Source: a virus. From it: a stretch of 64,000 nt of DNA. The translations under genes were made by a program, and so were the position numbers. The notes below the pieces were generated by a model. That model was given only the letters and a program-made list of their open reading frames with translations. It was not told the origin of the DNA and did no database searches. Positions 38,009-49,100 of this stretch are shown piece by piece; the first letter of the stretch is position 1; the number at the start of each line of letters is the position of its first letter. The stretch spans positions 1 through 64,000 of IMG/VR virus record IMGVR_UViG_3300021964_000045. The stretch is one strand, 5' to 3'.

Positions 38009-40300
38009 ATGAAAGCAAATAAAAAAAGTTTATACCAAGAAGGTGGTTCAGTAGATAAAGAGTCTATTAATCCTGTAGTTAATGAACTTTCTGCAGTTAT
38101 AAAAAGTAATATAGAAAATGGAGGTTCCCCGGAAGAAGTATTAAAAACTTTTTTATTACAAGGTATACCTGTTGATCAGCTTACAATAGCCTTTGAATCA
38201 GCTGGTTATGATCCAGGAGCATTTGGTGAATTATTGCAAAATGTTGAAATAATGATGGCTCAAGAAGAACAAGCTCAACAACCAGAGCAGCAAGTTCAAG
38301 AGCAAATGCCTCCATCAATGATGCAACCAGAAAACATAGAACAACCTCAAATGCAATTTGGTGGTGGTACAAATGTATCATCTGGTTTTTTATCACAAAG
38401 CCCTCAAGACAAACGTCCTATTTATATGCCTCCAGTTCCTGCAAAAGGAAATTTATTGGGTGCTGCTTTTTTATTAGATGACGCAGCTGGAAGATTATTT
38501 TCAGGAGAAGATGCCAACAATGATGGTGTTATGGATGGAACATTTAGAGACTGGAGTGCAAAACGAGCAAGATATAAAAAGAAGCAGTTAGGTAATAGAA
38601 GTTACACTGTAGATTACAAAGGTTTAGATCCTGCTGATTATGCACCTAATTGGGAAGATTTAGCAGATTTAACAGAGACAAAATTTTCAAAGTTTTTTAA
38701 AGGTAAAAAAGAAAGAGAAAGAATAAACCAAGTACAGAATACAGGTTTGCAAACAAAAGAAGAGTTTGCTGAAAATATTTTTAAAAATAGTTTGGTAAAC
38801 TTTGATCCAGAAACAAATAATTATACTGGTGTATTAGCATCAGATGAAGAAGACTATGATGTATTAGGTAAAAAAACTAAAATAGATCTTGGTTTACTTG
38901 GACCAAAAAAAGAAAGAAAATTTAAAGATCCATCCTCTTGGTTTGGAAGAGAAGAAGCCCCTTTAAGTCAAAATGCTAATTCATTTCAGAATGTTGTAGA
39001 AAGATTAAACCAAGTAAATGATATAGATTCAGAAATGATGATTGAGGCTGCTACAAATTATGAATCAGGTCAAGGCTTAAATGCAAATAGAAGTTCTTAT
39101 GATAAAAGTTTATTAAGTCCTGAAGAATATGTAAAGGCACAAGCTGATTACAGAAATATAATGCTTGGTAATATACCAATGGAATCAACAAATCCAGCTA
39201 ATTTTATTACAAATACACCTAGTAAAGTAACAAAAACAGAACCGGTAGAACCAGAGCAACAACAAAGATCTGTTGTAGAATTACCACGAGAAGAAGTAAC
39301 ATCTACACCGGAAGTTGATTCTTACAAGGATTGGGCTAAAAAAAATCAGGTTAGACTTCAATTAAAAGGGTTAACTACAGAGGCTCAACAACGAGCTGTT
39401 TATGAAGCTGAATCTGAATTTGAATTTAAATATGGAGGTGATTATTTACCTAAAGCTCAGATGCTTGGTGAATTTGATCCTAACAATCCATTTGGTTTAC
39501 CTGACTTTTCTCAGATGGGTCAAACATCATACATAAATCCAGCAACTGGACAACCTTGGACTGCTGGTACACCTAGTACTACACCTAGTACTACACCTAG
39601 TACTACACCTTTACAAGATCAACAACCTGTTTATGCCAGTGGCCCAGGTTCTGGTATGGGAAGTATGTTCTTAGATCAACAAGCATTTCAGCAAGAGTTA
39701 GATGCATTAAATACATCTTTAGGGGATGCAGAAGAATCTACTGCAACAGCTTTAGGGGATGCACAAGAACCTACTGTAAAAAGAAAAAGAACAGTGGGTA
39801 ATGCTCTTAAGCAAGCTAAAACTTTTATAAAAGAAAATCCATCAATGAGGGCTTTTGGTGATGTTTCAGATTTTGTTGTTAAAGGTGCTAATATGGCCAA
39901 TGAGCTTTTTACTCAGGCTAAATTTTATGACTATAAAAATGAATTAAGAAATTCAACAATGGCTGACAAAGTCTATTTAGCTACAGAAAATCCCGTAAAT
40001 AAAAGAGGTACCTTTGATGCTAATTTAGGTTTGGCAGAACCAGACAATCTTGTTGATTATTATGCTCAAGCAATGTACGGAAAAGAAACGTACAAATCAG
40101 GTGGTGAGTTTGAACCACATATGATGTTTGATCCTGTATCAGGAAAAGGTTATAAAGCTAATGTAGAATCTGATCATAATAGATATGCTAAGTTAGGTTT
40201 CTTACATCAAGATGAAATGCAAAAAGGTGGAGAAGTAGAAATAGATAATGATACGCTAGCAGCATTAATAGCTGCAGGTGCAGATATAGAAATATTATAA
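38009..40300 (+). CDS. putative internal virion (cargo/ejection) protein
   Basis: Low-complexity Q/P/E-rich protein with several xxxGG motifs; lies between the tail and RNAP genes. Confidence 0.55.
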   Translation: MKANKKSLYQEGGSVDKESINPVVNELSAVIKSNIENGGSPEEVLKTFLLQGIPVDQLTIAFESAGYDPGAFGELLQNVEIMMAQEEQAQQPEQQVQEQMPPSMMQPENIEQPQMQFGGGTNVSSGFLSQSPQDKRPIYMPPVPAKGNLLGAAFLLDDAAGRLFSGEDANNDGVMDGTFRDWSAKRARYKKKQLGNRSYTVDYKGLDPADYAPNWEDLADLTETKFSKFFKGKKERERINQVQNTGLQTKEEFAENIFKNSLVNFDPETNNYTGVLASDEEDYDVLGKKTKIDLGLLGPKKERKFKDPSSWFGREEAPLSQNANSFQNVVERLNQVNDIDSEMMIEAATNYESGQGLNANRSSYDKSLLSPEEYVKAQADYRNIMLGNIPMESTNPANFITNTPSKVTKTEPVEPEQQQRSVVELPREEVTSTPEVDSYKDWAKKNQVRLQLKGLTTEAQQRAVYEAESEFEFKYGGDYLPKAQMLGEFDPNNPFGLPDFSQMGQTSYINPATGQPWTAGTPSTTPSTTPSTTPLQDQQPVYASGPGSGMGSMFLDQQAFQQELDALNTSLGDAEESTATALGDAQEPTVKRKRTVGNALKQAKTFIKENPSMRAFGDVSDFVVKGANMANELFTQAKFYDYKNELRNSTMADKVYLATENPVNKRGTFDANLGLAEPDNLVDYYAQAMYGKETYKSGGEFEPHMMFDPVSGKGYKANVESDHNRYAKLGFLHQDEMQKGGEVEIDNDTLAALIAAGADIEIL
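39569..39610 (+). repeat. perfect 12-bp tandem repeat ACACCTAGTACT x3.5 (TPST)
   Basis: Read directly from the sequence. Confidence 0.95.
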
Positions 40301-40302
40301 TC

Positions 40303-42990
40303 ATGGCAAAAATTAAAATAAATAAATTACCTGAAGGTTTTGAATTAAAAGATGGTAAGGTTACAAAGTCTATGCAGCAAGGTGGTGCCACCACAGGTGA
40401 TCAATCTGGATATGGTCTTGTAACAGATAACTTAACACCAAATCAATTCAATGATGATGAAAGTAAGTCAATAAGATATTCACTTTCTTCAGTGCCTAGA
40501 GATATGGCTAATTTAGAAGCAGAGGGTGGTGAAACTGTATTAACTGATTTAAATGACAGTGGTCAGTTTGGTTTATATAATATAACTGGTCCTAGACATG
40601 GTAGCGGTGGAGTTCCTATGTTTTTACCAGAACAGTCATTTGTATTTTCTGATACACAAAAAATGAAGCTTAGTAGAAAAGAGTTAGCAGAATTTGGTGT
40701 AGAATCTAAAAAGAAAATGACTCCTGCACAAGTATCAAAAAGATATCAACTTAATGAATTTATAGGAGCAATGGAATCAGAAGATACTGATCCTATAAAA
40801 TTTAAAAGTGCAGAATTAATGGTTGATAAAAATCAAAATAAATTATCTAAGTTGGCATTTGCACAGGAATCAAAGAAAAATTTTGAGGATGGTGTACCTC
40901 TTGCTTCACATCCTTACTTAGTAAGTATGGGGATTGATCCTATGGAGTTTACTCAAAAAGTGGAAAATATAACTAGGGAACAAGCGGCACAAAGAATGCT
41001 ACAATCTCTACCTCCAGAAGAACAAGCAAAAATGGCAGCTCTTCAACAGATGATGGCTCAAGCTGGACAACAGCAACAAATGCCAATGGCTAAATATGGT
41101 AATGAATTACCAAAAGCTCAAGATGGTAACAAGGAGTATAAAAGTTTTTTATATGATTATCAACCACCTATAGTTGCCCAGGATAATACATATGTTAACA
41201 ATCCATATATAAATGTTGAAAGGAATCTTGATTATATGAATAATCAGCTAAAGCAAGCAAAAGAAGAAGACGATGCGCTTGAGAATAAATATTTTAGCAC
41301 TGACTTAGGAGATACTCCGGAAGGTTCAATTGATTTTGGAGTAACTTCAGTTAATGATGATGTTGTAAAAGAAGAAACTGCAGTAACACAACCGGCTAAC
41401 AATAATCAATCTAACCCTTCTACTGAACGTAGAACAGCCGGTAGACAGATTGGTGGTAGAAGAATTGACCTTCAAGGTTTTAAAGGTGGTAAAGCTTTAG
41501 GTTCTGGTTATAAGCAATATCAAGAATTAGAGCGTTTGTTTACATCTGATTCACCTGAGTGGGTTGCAACTACTGATAAAGCATATGCTGCATTTAGAGC
41601 TAATGCTATAGCACAAGGGATACCAGAAGCTGATATTCCAACAAAAGATGTTGCTATGCAAAATTTCTTGAAGTATCAAGAAAATAACTATAAGATACAA
41701 GACTTGGTTCCTGATGAATATAGATATGCTACTCAATTAGATAAGGGTAGTGATAATGCAAAGGATGTAAAGAAAAATGAAAATACACAGAAGCTTTTTA
41801 ATAAAACTGCTGAGTTATATCCTGATCAATATGAAGCTTATCAAATAGATGATGCAACAACTAAAATGAATCAGTTGTTTTTCCAAGCTGTTACTTTAGC
41901 AGATGAGCAAAGTGATAATCCTAATTTAAATTATTTAGCTAGCGGGCCTACCCAAAAGGGCAACTGGGCTGACAACAAAACAATATCTAAGGCAGAAGGC
42001 TTTTATGGTAACAATACTTTAAATCAAACATTACAAGTAAGAGAACCAGAGAAACCAGAACCACCAGAAACACCACCACCACCAGACACACCAGAACCAC
42101 CTCCTGTTAAAACCTATACTCAACCTGATCCAGAATTTTGGACGCAAGATTTAAATAATCTAGCTGCAATTGCCATGAGGGATAGAGAGTTATTTTTACC
42201 ATGGCAACCTGCTGTGGAAATACCAAAAGCTGATTATGTACTTGAAGAACCCACAAGACAGTTGGCTGATGTTAATGAGCAACTAAATATAATTACTCAA
42301 GGTGCAGGAGCATTTGGAAATCCTCAAGCATTTAATGCTAGAGCATCACAAGCTCAGGGTAAAGCATTTGCACAAAACGCAAATACTTTTGCTCAAGTTC
42401 ATCAAAGAAATATAGGAACTGTTAATAGAGGTTTGGCACTGAATGCTCAATTAGAAGCGGGTGCAAAAAGGGAACAGAGAGATAGAGATGTTAAGTTATA
42501 TGATGATACACAACTTACTCTTCAAAACTATATGGATGAAAAGAATTTAGATAGAGAACAATACACAGGTTTAATGAACACAGCTCTTACTAATAGAGCT
42601 AATACAGCAAACCTAAATACATTGTATCCTTACTATAACATAGATCCAACACAAGGTGGTATAATTGAAATGACAGGTGATTTACCAAGTATAGTTGCTA
42701 ATAAATCAGCAGGAAATCAATTGAATAAATATGATGAAATGTCACAAAGAGCTTTAGATTTAGAGGCTAAAGGTTTAGATGGTAGCACAATAAACACAAT
42801 ATTGCAAAACACATATGGACAAGCACCTAAAGTAGCACCTAATACAGGAGCAGATCCGTATGCTGATGCTTTAAGAATGATACGTGAATCAGGTATGCCT
42901 GCTGGCTATCCAGGTGGACGTAAAGCAAACAAAGGTAAAGAGATTAAAGAATACGCTATTCCTTTTTATGCAGGTAAGACAGGTTTTTAA
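40303..42990 (+). CDS. putative internal virion (cargo/ejection) protein
   Basis: EAEGGETV and GPRHGSGGVP motifs, Q/M-rich and Pro-rich linkers; position in the ejection module. Confidence 0.6.
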   Translation: MAKIKINKLPEGFELKDGKVTKSMQQGGATTGDQSGYGLVTDNLTPNQFNDDESKSIRYSLSSVPRDMANLEAEGGETVLTDLNDSGQFGLYNITGPRHGSGGVPMFLPEQSFVFSDTQKMKLSRKELAEFGVESKKKMTPAQVSKRYQLNEFIGAMESEDTDPIKFKSAELMVDKNQNKLSKLAFAQESKKNFEDGVPLASHPYLVSMGIDPMEFTQKVENITREQAAQRMLQSLPPEEQAKMAALQQMMAQAGQQQQMPMAKYGNELPKAQDGNKEYKSFLYDYQPPIVAQDNTYVNNPYINVERNLDYMNNQLKQAKEEDDALENKYFSTDLGDTPEGSIDFGVTSVNDDVVKEETAVTQPANNNQSNPSTERRTAGRQIGGRRIDLQGFKGGKALGSGYKQYQELERLFTSDSPEWVATTDKAYAAFRANAIAQGIPEADIPTKDVAMQNFLKYQENNYKIQDLVPDEYRYATQLDKGSDNAKDVKKNENTQKLFNKTAELYPDQYEAYQIDDATTKMNQLFFQAVTLADEQSDNPNLNYLASGPTQKGNWADNKTISKAEGFYGNNTLNQTLQVREPEKPEPPETPPPPDTPEPPPVKTYTQPDPEFWTQDLNNLAAIAMRDRELFLPWQPAVEIPKADYVLEEPTRQLADVNEQLNIITQGAGAFGNPQAFNARASQAQGKAFAQNANTFAQVHQRNIGTVNRGLALNAQLEAGAKREQRDRDVKLYDDTQLTLQNYMDEKNLDREQYTGLMNTALTNRANTANLNTLYPYYNIDPTQGGIIEMTGDLPSIVANKSAGNQLNKYDEMSQRALDLEAKGLDGSTINTILQNTYGQAPKVAPNTGADPYADALRMIRESGMPAGYPGGRKANKGKEIKEYAIPFYAGKTGF

Positions 42991-43049
42991 ACCTAAAGAG
43001 TGTATTAATAAAGTTTTTAAAACTTATAAAATTTTAGTAATTTAGTATT

Positions 43050-46000
43050 ATGGCAACATACGTACCAGGAAGTAAGACATATTCAAGAGAGATTCAACCA
43101 TTTACACCAGACTATAAGTTTTTGTCTAGTGTATTAGGTACCAGACAGGATCGCTATGATACCAACTATAAACAATTAAGTGATTTATATGGTAAAGTTG
43201 TGTATGCAGATTTATCAAGAGAAGACACAATTGGAATGAGAGATCAGTATGCAAATAAACTTGCACCAAAAATTCAACAAATTTCAGGTATGGATCTTTC
43301 TCTACGTCAAAATGTTGATTCAGCAAAGAGTGTATTCAAACCTTTTTATGAAGATGATCTTATTGTTAAAGATCTTGTTTATACAAAACAGTTTAAACAA
43401 AACGCCCAATTAGCACAAGCATTTAAAAACTCTGATAATGTAGAACAAAGAAAAAAGTATTGGTCTACGGGCATGCAATATTTAAACTATCAAATGGAAG
43501 ATTTTAAAACTGCTGATAGAGATGCAGCTTTAAAGCAAGGTCTACCAACATATATAGAAAACGTTGATTTATATTCAATGTCTACTAAGCTTTTAAAGGA
43601 TGCTGGATTTGGAGATGTAGAAATTGATATTCCAGATCCAACAGGTCATTGGATTATCAGAGAAAAAAATGGTAAACAACAAGTACCAGGAGCTTATAAC
43701 TTTTTACAAAAAACTTTATTAGAAGACCCAAGGGTGATGGATGCTTATAGAGCAAGTGGTTATGTTGATTCTAGAAACTTTGCACAAAAAGGATTAGACT
43801 CTGGTTTATATTCTACTGTGTTAGAGGGACAGACTGCATGGGCTAAAGACAAGCTAAGTGATCTTGCTCAAAGAAATGCTACGGCTAATGAAATAATTAA
43901 ACAGCAGTTTGATGAAGCTTTATCAGCTAAAAATAATTGGGAGGAGTATGAAAGAACATCTGGTGTAATACCCAATAGTCCAGAAGCAAAAGCAATGATG
44001 GAAGCTCTTGAGCAATATGAAAAGAGTAGAGGTGCATTAGAGAGAAATGAAGAAACATTACAAAGGGTAGACAATCTAAATATTGATGAAGATCCTGATC
44101 TTTTAAACAAAGCATTTAATCTTTTGATGAACTATAATCTTAGCACTGACATATTAGGTGCAGCTAAGGCACATAGCATGAAAGATTATTCTAGAACTAT
44201 TACTGCTAACCCATACAAAAAGTTGGAAGTTCAACATAAGTACAGTATGGCTAGAATTGAACAGCAGCATATTAATAGAAAAAAAGAAATTGCTCTTAAA
44301 GCACAATTAGATCCAAGTGTTGCTCCAACTGCTTCTAGTAGTTTAGTAGATGCATTATTTGGTGGAACTATAACAGGTATAACAAAAAACTCAACTGAAG
44401 TTAGAGAAGTGGAAGATGCAATGGCAGACAATACTGAAAGAGCTGCTGAATATGCACAAGAAACTAATAAAGGTAAAGCTGATTTTATTCTAAAAATGGA
44501 TCAACTTAGCAAAGTAGGAGGCGGTCTTCAAAATACTGAATATAACAGTATGGAGATTAAGCTAAATGATGGCACTAAGTTTAAAGGTACATATGATGAA
44601 ATAAAAGCAAAACTTAATGAAGAAGGTAATGAAAATCTAGTTGATTTAAATTATGATAATGCTGTTAAGATACTTACAAATAAATTACCAACTAATAACC
44701 CTAAAGCTTTAGAAAGTCCAGAACTTATACAAGCATATAGCATGTATAATACTATACAAGGACGACAGAATAAATCAATTGCTTATGAAAAAAGTTTAAA
44801 CACTGTATTAGCTAAGAACTATGATTTATTAAAAGTTGGAACTACAAAACAAGGTCAACAATTAAAAAAACAAATTGACGCTAATATTCCAGAGCTCGTT
44901 ATTACAAGTCAACTTGATGATACAAAAAGAGCAGTTCTTTCTAAAGATGATTTTGTAGAATTATATCTAAAAAGAGCTAAGGCTGGTCAGATTGAAGGTA
45001 AAAATTATAAAGAAGGTAGAGGAAGAAGAAATGATAAAGGTGAATATGAATATATTTCTGCTACAATTTTTCCAGAAGTTGCTGATTGGATAGATGAAAA
45101 AATTGATGAAAAAATATTTGGTGATATAATTTTTCTTGAAAAAGATGCAAGAAAAGATGCAGAAGCGGCTTATAAAGTTCAATATGATTTACTTAATCAG
45201 AGTATAGATGGTACCTTAAATGTTAATGAAATGGGAGGGTCAAGAACTTTCCAACCATTTTCAGCAGAAGCTGTATTTAGAGGAATTCCTTTAGATGAAA
45301 TGAATGAAAGCAATCTGTTTACTTATCAAGGTTACGGAGCTACATTTAATGTCAACACAATAGCTTCTGATAAAAAAGCACAGGAAATGATTTTCAACTT
45401 TAAGAGACAGTATGATATGAGCTCAGAAAAAGTTGTTATGACTGCAGGTGCAACTGAATTAGTAAATGATACAAGAGCTCAATTTATTGTTGATGAAGTG
45501 ATAAGAGACAGTAGACAAGCAATGCTTGATCCCAAAGCTGCAGCCTCTAAGAAGTTTTCTTATCAGTTAGAGTATAATCCTGTTGAAACAATAGACGGTA
45601 AAACATATGCATCATACACAATAAAAAATGACTATGACTATGTTAAAGGTTTTTCAGGAGCAACAAAAGGCGCTGGTGGTGGAAAAAATACAGCAATGTT
45701 AAATCCTACGGAAATACCACAGTACACAGAAATTAAAGTAATAGTTCCTTCAGAGCAAGACATGAATCCTAGAAAAGCAGGTCAGTACAATGTATCTTCA
45801 GTTGATACAAGTATTGATTTAGCAGATGATAAAGTTTATAATTATAATGCATTTTCTGAAAAAGCTGGATCTTTTAAAGTATTTAAAAATAATGATAATT
45901 ATTATGTTGCTATGGAAATGATGCAACTAGATCCAAAAACAGGTTTGTTTAATTCAGCTGGTGTTCAATCACCAATGTTGATTGAAGATAAAAATGGTCC

Positions 46001-46118
46001 TGCTGGTAAGCATAATATTGATAACTTTGTAAATCATTATCAAATGATAATGATGGAAGAGTTTAGAAGAAATATTGAAGCAGAGCAGGCTTGGAAGAAA
46101 AAAAACATGCCTAAATAA
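43050..46118 (+). CDS. putative ejected protein preceding the virion RNAP
   Basis: 1022 aa, mostly helical, with N-terminal QPFTPDYKFL; position matches the crAss-like giant-gene cassette. Confidence 0.55.
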   Translation: MATYVPGSKTYSREIQPFTPDYKFLSSVLGTRQDRYDTNYKQLSDLYGKVVYADLSREDTIGMRDQYANKLAPKIQQISGMDLSLRQNVDSAKSVFKPFYEDDLIVKDLVYTKQFKQNAQLAQAFKNSDNVEQRKKYWSTGMQYLNYQMEDFKTADRDAALKQGLPTYIENVDLYSMSTKLLKDAGFGDVEIDIPDPTGHWIIREKNGKQQVPGAYNFLQKTLLEDPRVMDAYRASGYVDSRNFAQKGLDSGLYSTVLEGQTAWAKDKLSDLAQRNATANEIIKQQFDEALSAKNNWEEYERTSGVIPNSPEAKAMMEALEQYEKSRGALERNEETLQRVDNLNIDEDPDLLNKAFNLLMNYNLSTDILGAAKAHSMKDYSRTITANPYKKLEVQHKYSMARIEQQHINRKKEIALKAQLDPSVAPTASSSLVDALFGGTITGITKNSTEVREVEDAMADNTERAAEYAQETNKGKADFILKMDQLSKVGGGLQNTEYNSMEIKLNDGTKFKGTYDEIKAKLNEEGNENLVDLNYDNAVKILTNKLPTNNPKALESPELIQAYSMYNTIQGRQNKSIAYEKSLNTVLAKNYDLLKVGTTKQGQQLKKQIDANIPELVITSQLDDTKRAVLSKDDFVELYLKRAKAGQIEGKNYKEGRGRRNDKGEYEYISATIFPEVADWIDEKIDEKIFGDIIFLEKDARKDAEAAYKVQYDLLNQSIDGTLNVNEMGGSRTFQPFSAEAVFRGIPLDEMNESNLFTYQGYGATFNVNTIASDKKAQEMIFNFKRQYDMSSEKVVMTAGATELVNDTRAQFIVDEVIRDSRQAMLDPKAAASKKFSYQLEYNPVETIDGKTYASYTIKNDYDYVKGFSGATKGAGGGKNTAMLNPTEIPQYTEIKVIVPSEQDMNPRKAGQYNVSSVDTSIDLADDKVYNYNAFSEKAGSFKVFKNNDNYYVAMEMMQLDPKTGLFNSAGVQSPMLIEDKNGPAGKHNIDNFVNHYQMIMMEEFRRNIEAEQAWKKKNMPK

Positions 46119-46146
46119 TAATACATTTTAAGATAAAATAATCAAC

Positions 46147-49100
46147 ATGCAAGATTCAAATATACAGACTGATCCTATCTATCAACCAGATGACTTTCAG
46201 TTTCAACCAATTGATGAAATGTTTGACTTAGACTTTGATGCAGAAAGCGTTCAAGGTATGGGAGATTACATGAAAAATTTAGAAGCATTGGCACCAGCAA
46301 TGAATCAATATGCAATGCCTCTTGATCTACCTATTTCAAAACACAATTCACCTAAACCTGGTTTTGATAATTTTGAATCATTTAAAAAAGTATTTAATTC
46401 ACCAACTCCTTTTTTAGGTGGTGAACAACAAATGAAATTACAAGATCCTATAATTTCTGGAATTAAGTCTTCTAGTTATGACAGGTATGCAAGAATGGAT
46501 GCTTTTGATAAATTGGGTTGGAGACCTGATATGGATATGGAGTCTTACTATAATGCAAATACTACAGGATGGGATGATTTTAAAAGGTCATGGGGTCCGT
46601 GGTGGACTAACTTTTCAAGTGGTTTTACAAGTGCTGCTAGATCTTGGGGTGATTTGTTTAGTGGTGATGAAAGCTACTGGACATCAGCAGATTTAGAAGG
46701 TGCTACTGCTATGTCAGAAGCAAACAGATTAGGAGCAAGTACAAGAGGTGGTACCACTGGTTTCTTAGTTAATCTTAATCTAAATGCAGCTCAAACATTA
46801 GGAACAATTAGTGAAATTGCTGCAGAAGAATTAGCACTTGCCGCTGCTGGTGCTGCTTTAACTTCAACTGGTGCTGGAGCTCCAGCCGGTATAGGTGCAT
46901 TTGTTGCTGGTACGGGTAAAAATTTTGTAAAAGGGATTAAGAGTATAGGTAATATATTTGATATTACAAGAACAGTAAGGCTTGGTAAAGATGTATTATC
47001 AACTCTTAGAACTGCCGATAAAGCAAAAGATTTTTGGAGTGTAGCTAAAGCAGGAGGAAGATTAGCTGGTGACTTTTTTACACCAGAATTAAGAGCCACT
47101 TTAAAGTCTTTTAAATCTTCTGAAAGTGCCGCGAGAGGTTTAAGTAATTTAGCTAAGACATCAAAATCATTTGGTGCATTTTACAGAGATGCTAGAGCAA
47201 TAAACCTTACAATGAGTGAATCTAAACTTGAAGCAGGTTTTGCTTATCAAGATATGTTTGCTGAAAATGTTGAAAGAGTAATGCGTGAAAACGGTGGTGC
47301 TCAATTAACACCAGAACAATTAAATGATATAAATATTGAAGCATTAAAGGCAGCTACAAATTCTGTTTTATTTAATGCTCCAGCAATTTTTATAACTAAT
47401 AAAATTGTTTTAGGTAAAGCCCTTGGCGGATTTTCTCCGCAACTAAGAAGAATTTTTAATAAAGTAGGAAATTCTAAAAACATAGTAAGAAAAACTACAG
47501 TACAAAATTTTATAAAGAATAGAGCTGCTGGTAAGACAGCAGGTAAATTATTTCAAGAAACATCTAATAAATCAGTTATTGGTAAATTATTTGGTTGGAA
47601 TAAATTAAAAGCTTTAGGTGTTAAGGGTAGTCTTAAATATACAGCTGGAGGAATACTTAGATATTCTGCCGGTGGTTTAAGTGAAGGTTTGCAAGAAGTC
47701 TATCAAGAAGGTGTTGCTGTAGGTCTTGTTGATTATCATTCAGCATTATTAGATACACCAAATGCTAATAGACATGATCTTCAAAAAGCAGCAATGATGG
47801 CTGGTATTGATAGTCAAACAACCGGTCAAGGGTTTGAAACTTTCTTGTCTGGATTTTTAATGGGTGGATTAGTCCAAGGTCCTCAAAGACTAATGTTTGA
47901 GGTATTGCCTAGTTACATTCAGGAAAAAAGAAATCCTAAAGACTATGCAGAATATAAAAAACAAAGAGATGAATTTGTAGATAAGGTTAATGACATAGCA
48001 GAAGAAGTTGCTAAAGATCCTGCAAATTTTATGAGTTCTTCAAAACTAAACTTTTTTAGCCAAAAACAATCTGAAGATGATGGTGATAAACACATGTTTG
48101 AAGATAGTGAATTAGGCTTAAGAGATAGCAATGATGATTCTTTTATTATGAATGCTCATCATATGGTTGCTAATGGAACAGAAGGTTTATATATAGAACA
48201 ACTGGAAGATATTCAGAAATTATCTGATGAAGCATTAATAGAAGCTTATCCTAATCAAAAAGAAGATATAGAGTCTGGTAAGTTTAAAGAACGTGTTGAT
48301 AAATCAATTGAAAGAATTAAAAACTTCAAAAAAGACTATGATGCAAGTTTTAACATTATAGAAAACCCTTATGCGTTTAAACAATTTGAACAAGGTTCAA
48401 AAGAATATAATATTGCATTAGCAAAATACAGTGCTGTAGAACATGGACGTTTGCTTTATCTACTCAGTAAAGAATCTTTTAAATCTGCTGCTAATAGAAG
48501 AGATGCAATTGAACAAGCTCTTAAGCTTACAACAGCAGAAGGTAGCGCTGACGTTAATGATCTTACACCTTTATTGGCTGTTGATTCTATACAAAGAGAA
48601 GTTGCTTTATTAAGTAGTGAAATAGAAGCTTTAGAAAATGCAGAAAATATAGATAAAACCATTCTTGATTCTAAGAAAGATAAACTTGTTGCTCTTACCG
48701 GATACTTAGTTACTCTTCAAAGCATAGAAGATAAAGAAGCAGGTGTATATGATAGAGATAAGATGGAAGTTCTTAAAACTCCACTTAAAGCATATATTGA
48801 ATCTGTATCAAAGAATGTTTTACTTGATGATGAAAAGTTGTCTTACTTAGTAAAGCAATTAGTAGATCACAGTTATTTAGATAAAAGAGCTCAAGTTTAT
48901 GCTCGTAGTGTATCTATGTTTAGTGATCAAGCTAAGTTTACTGAAATGTCAGATAGATTAAGTGAAGTGTTTTTAACACGCTTTAATAATATTAAAAGAG
49001 ATTTTAAAGCAAGTGTTATAAAGGGTATGCAAAACCAGGAAAGAGTTTCTTTGCTAGAAGCTTTGGCTGCTATAGGTAGTGAAAATAAAAACGGTGGTGT

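Noticed and set aside
42044-42105. CCA-rich stretch as a DNA-level element
   Set aside because: Explained by a Pro/Glu linker (PEKPEPPETPPPPDTPEPPP) in the cargo protein.
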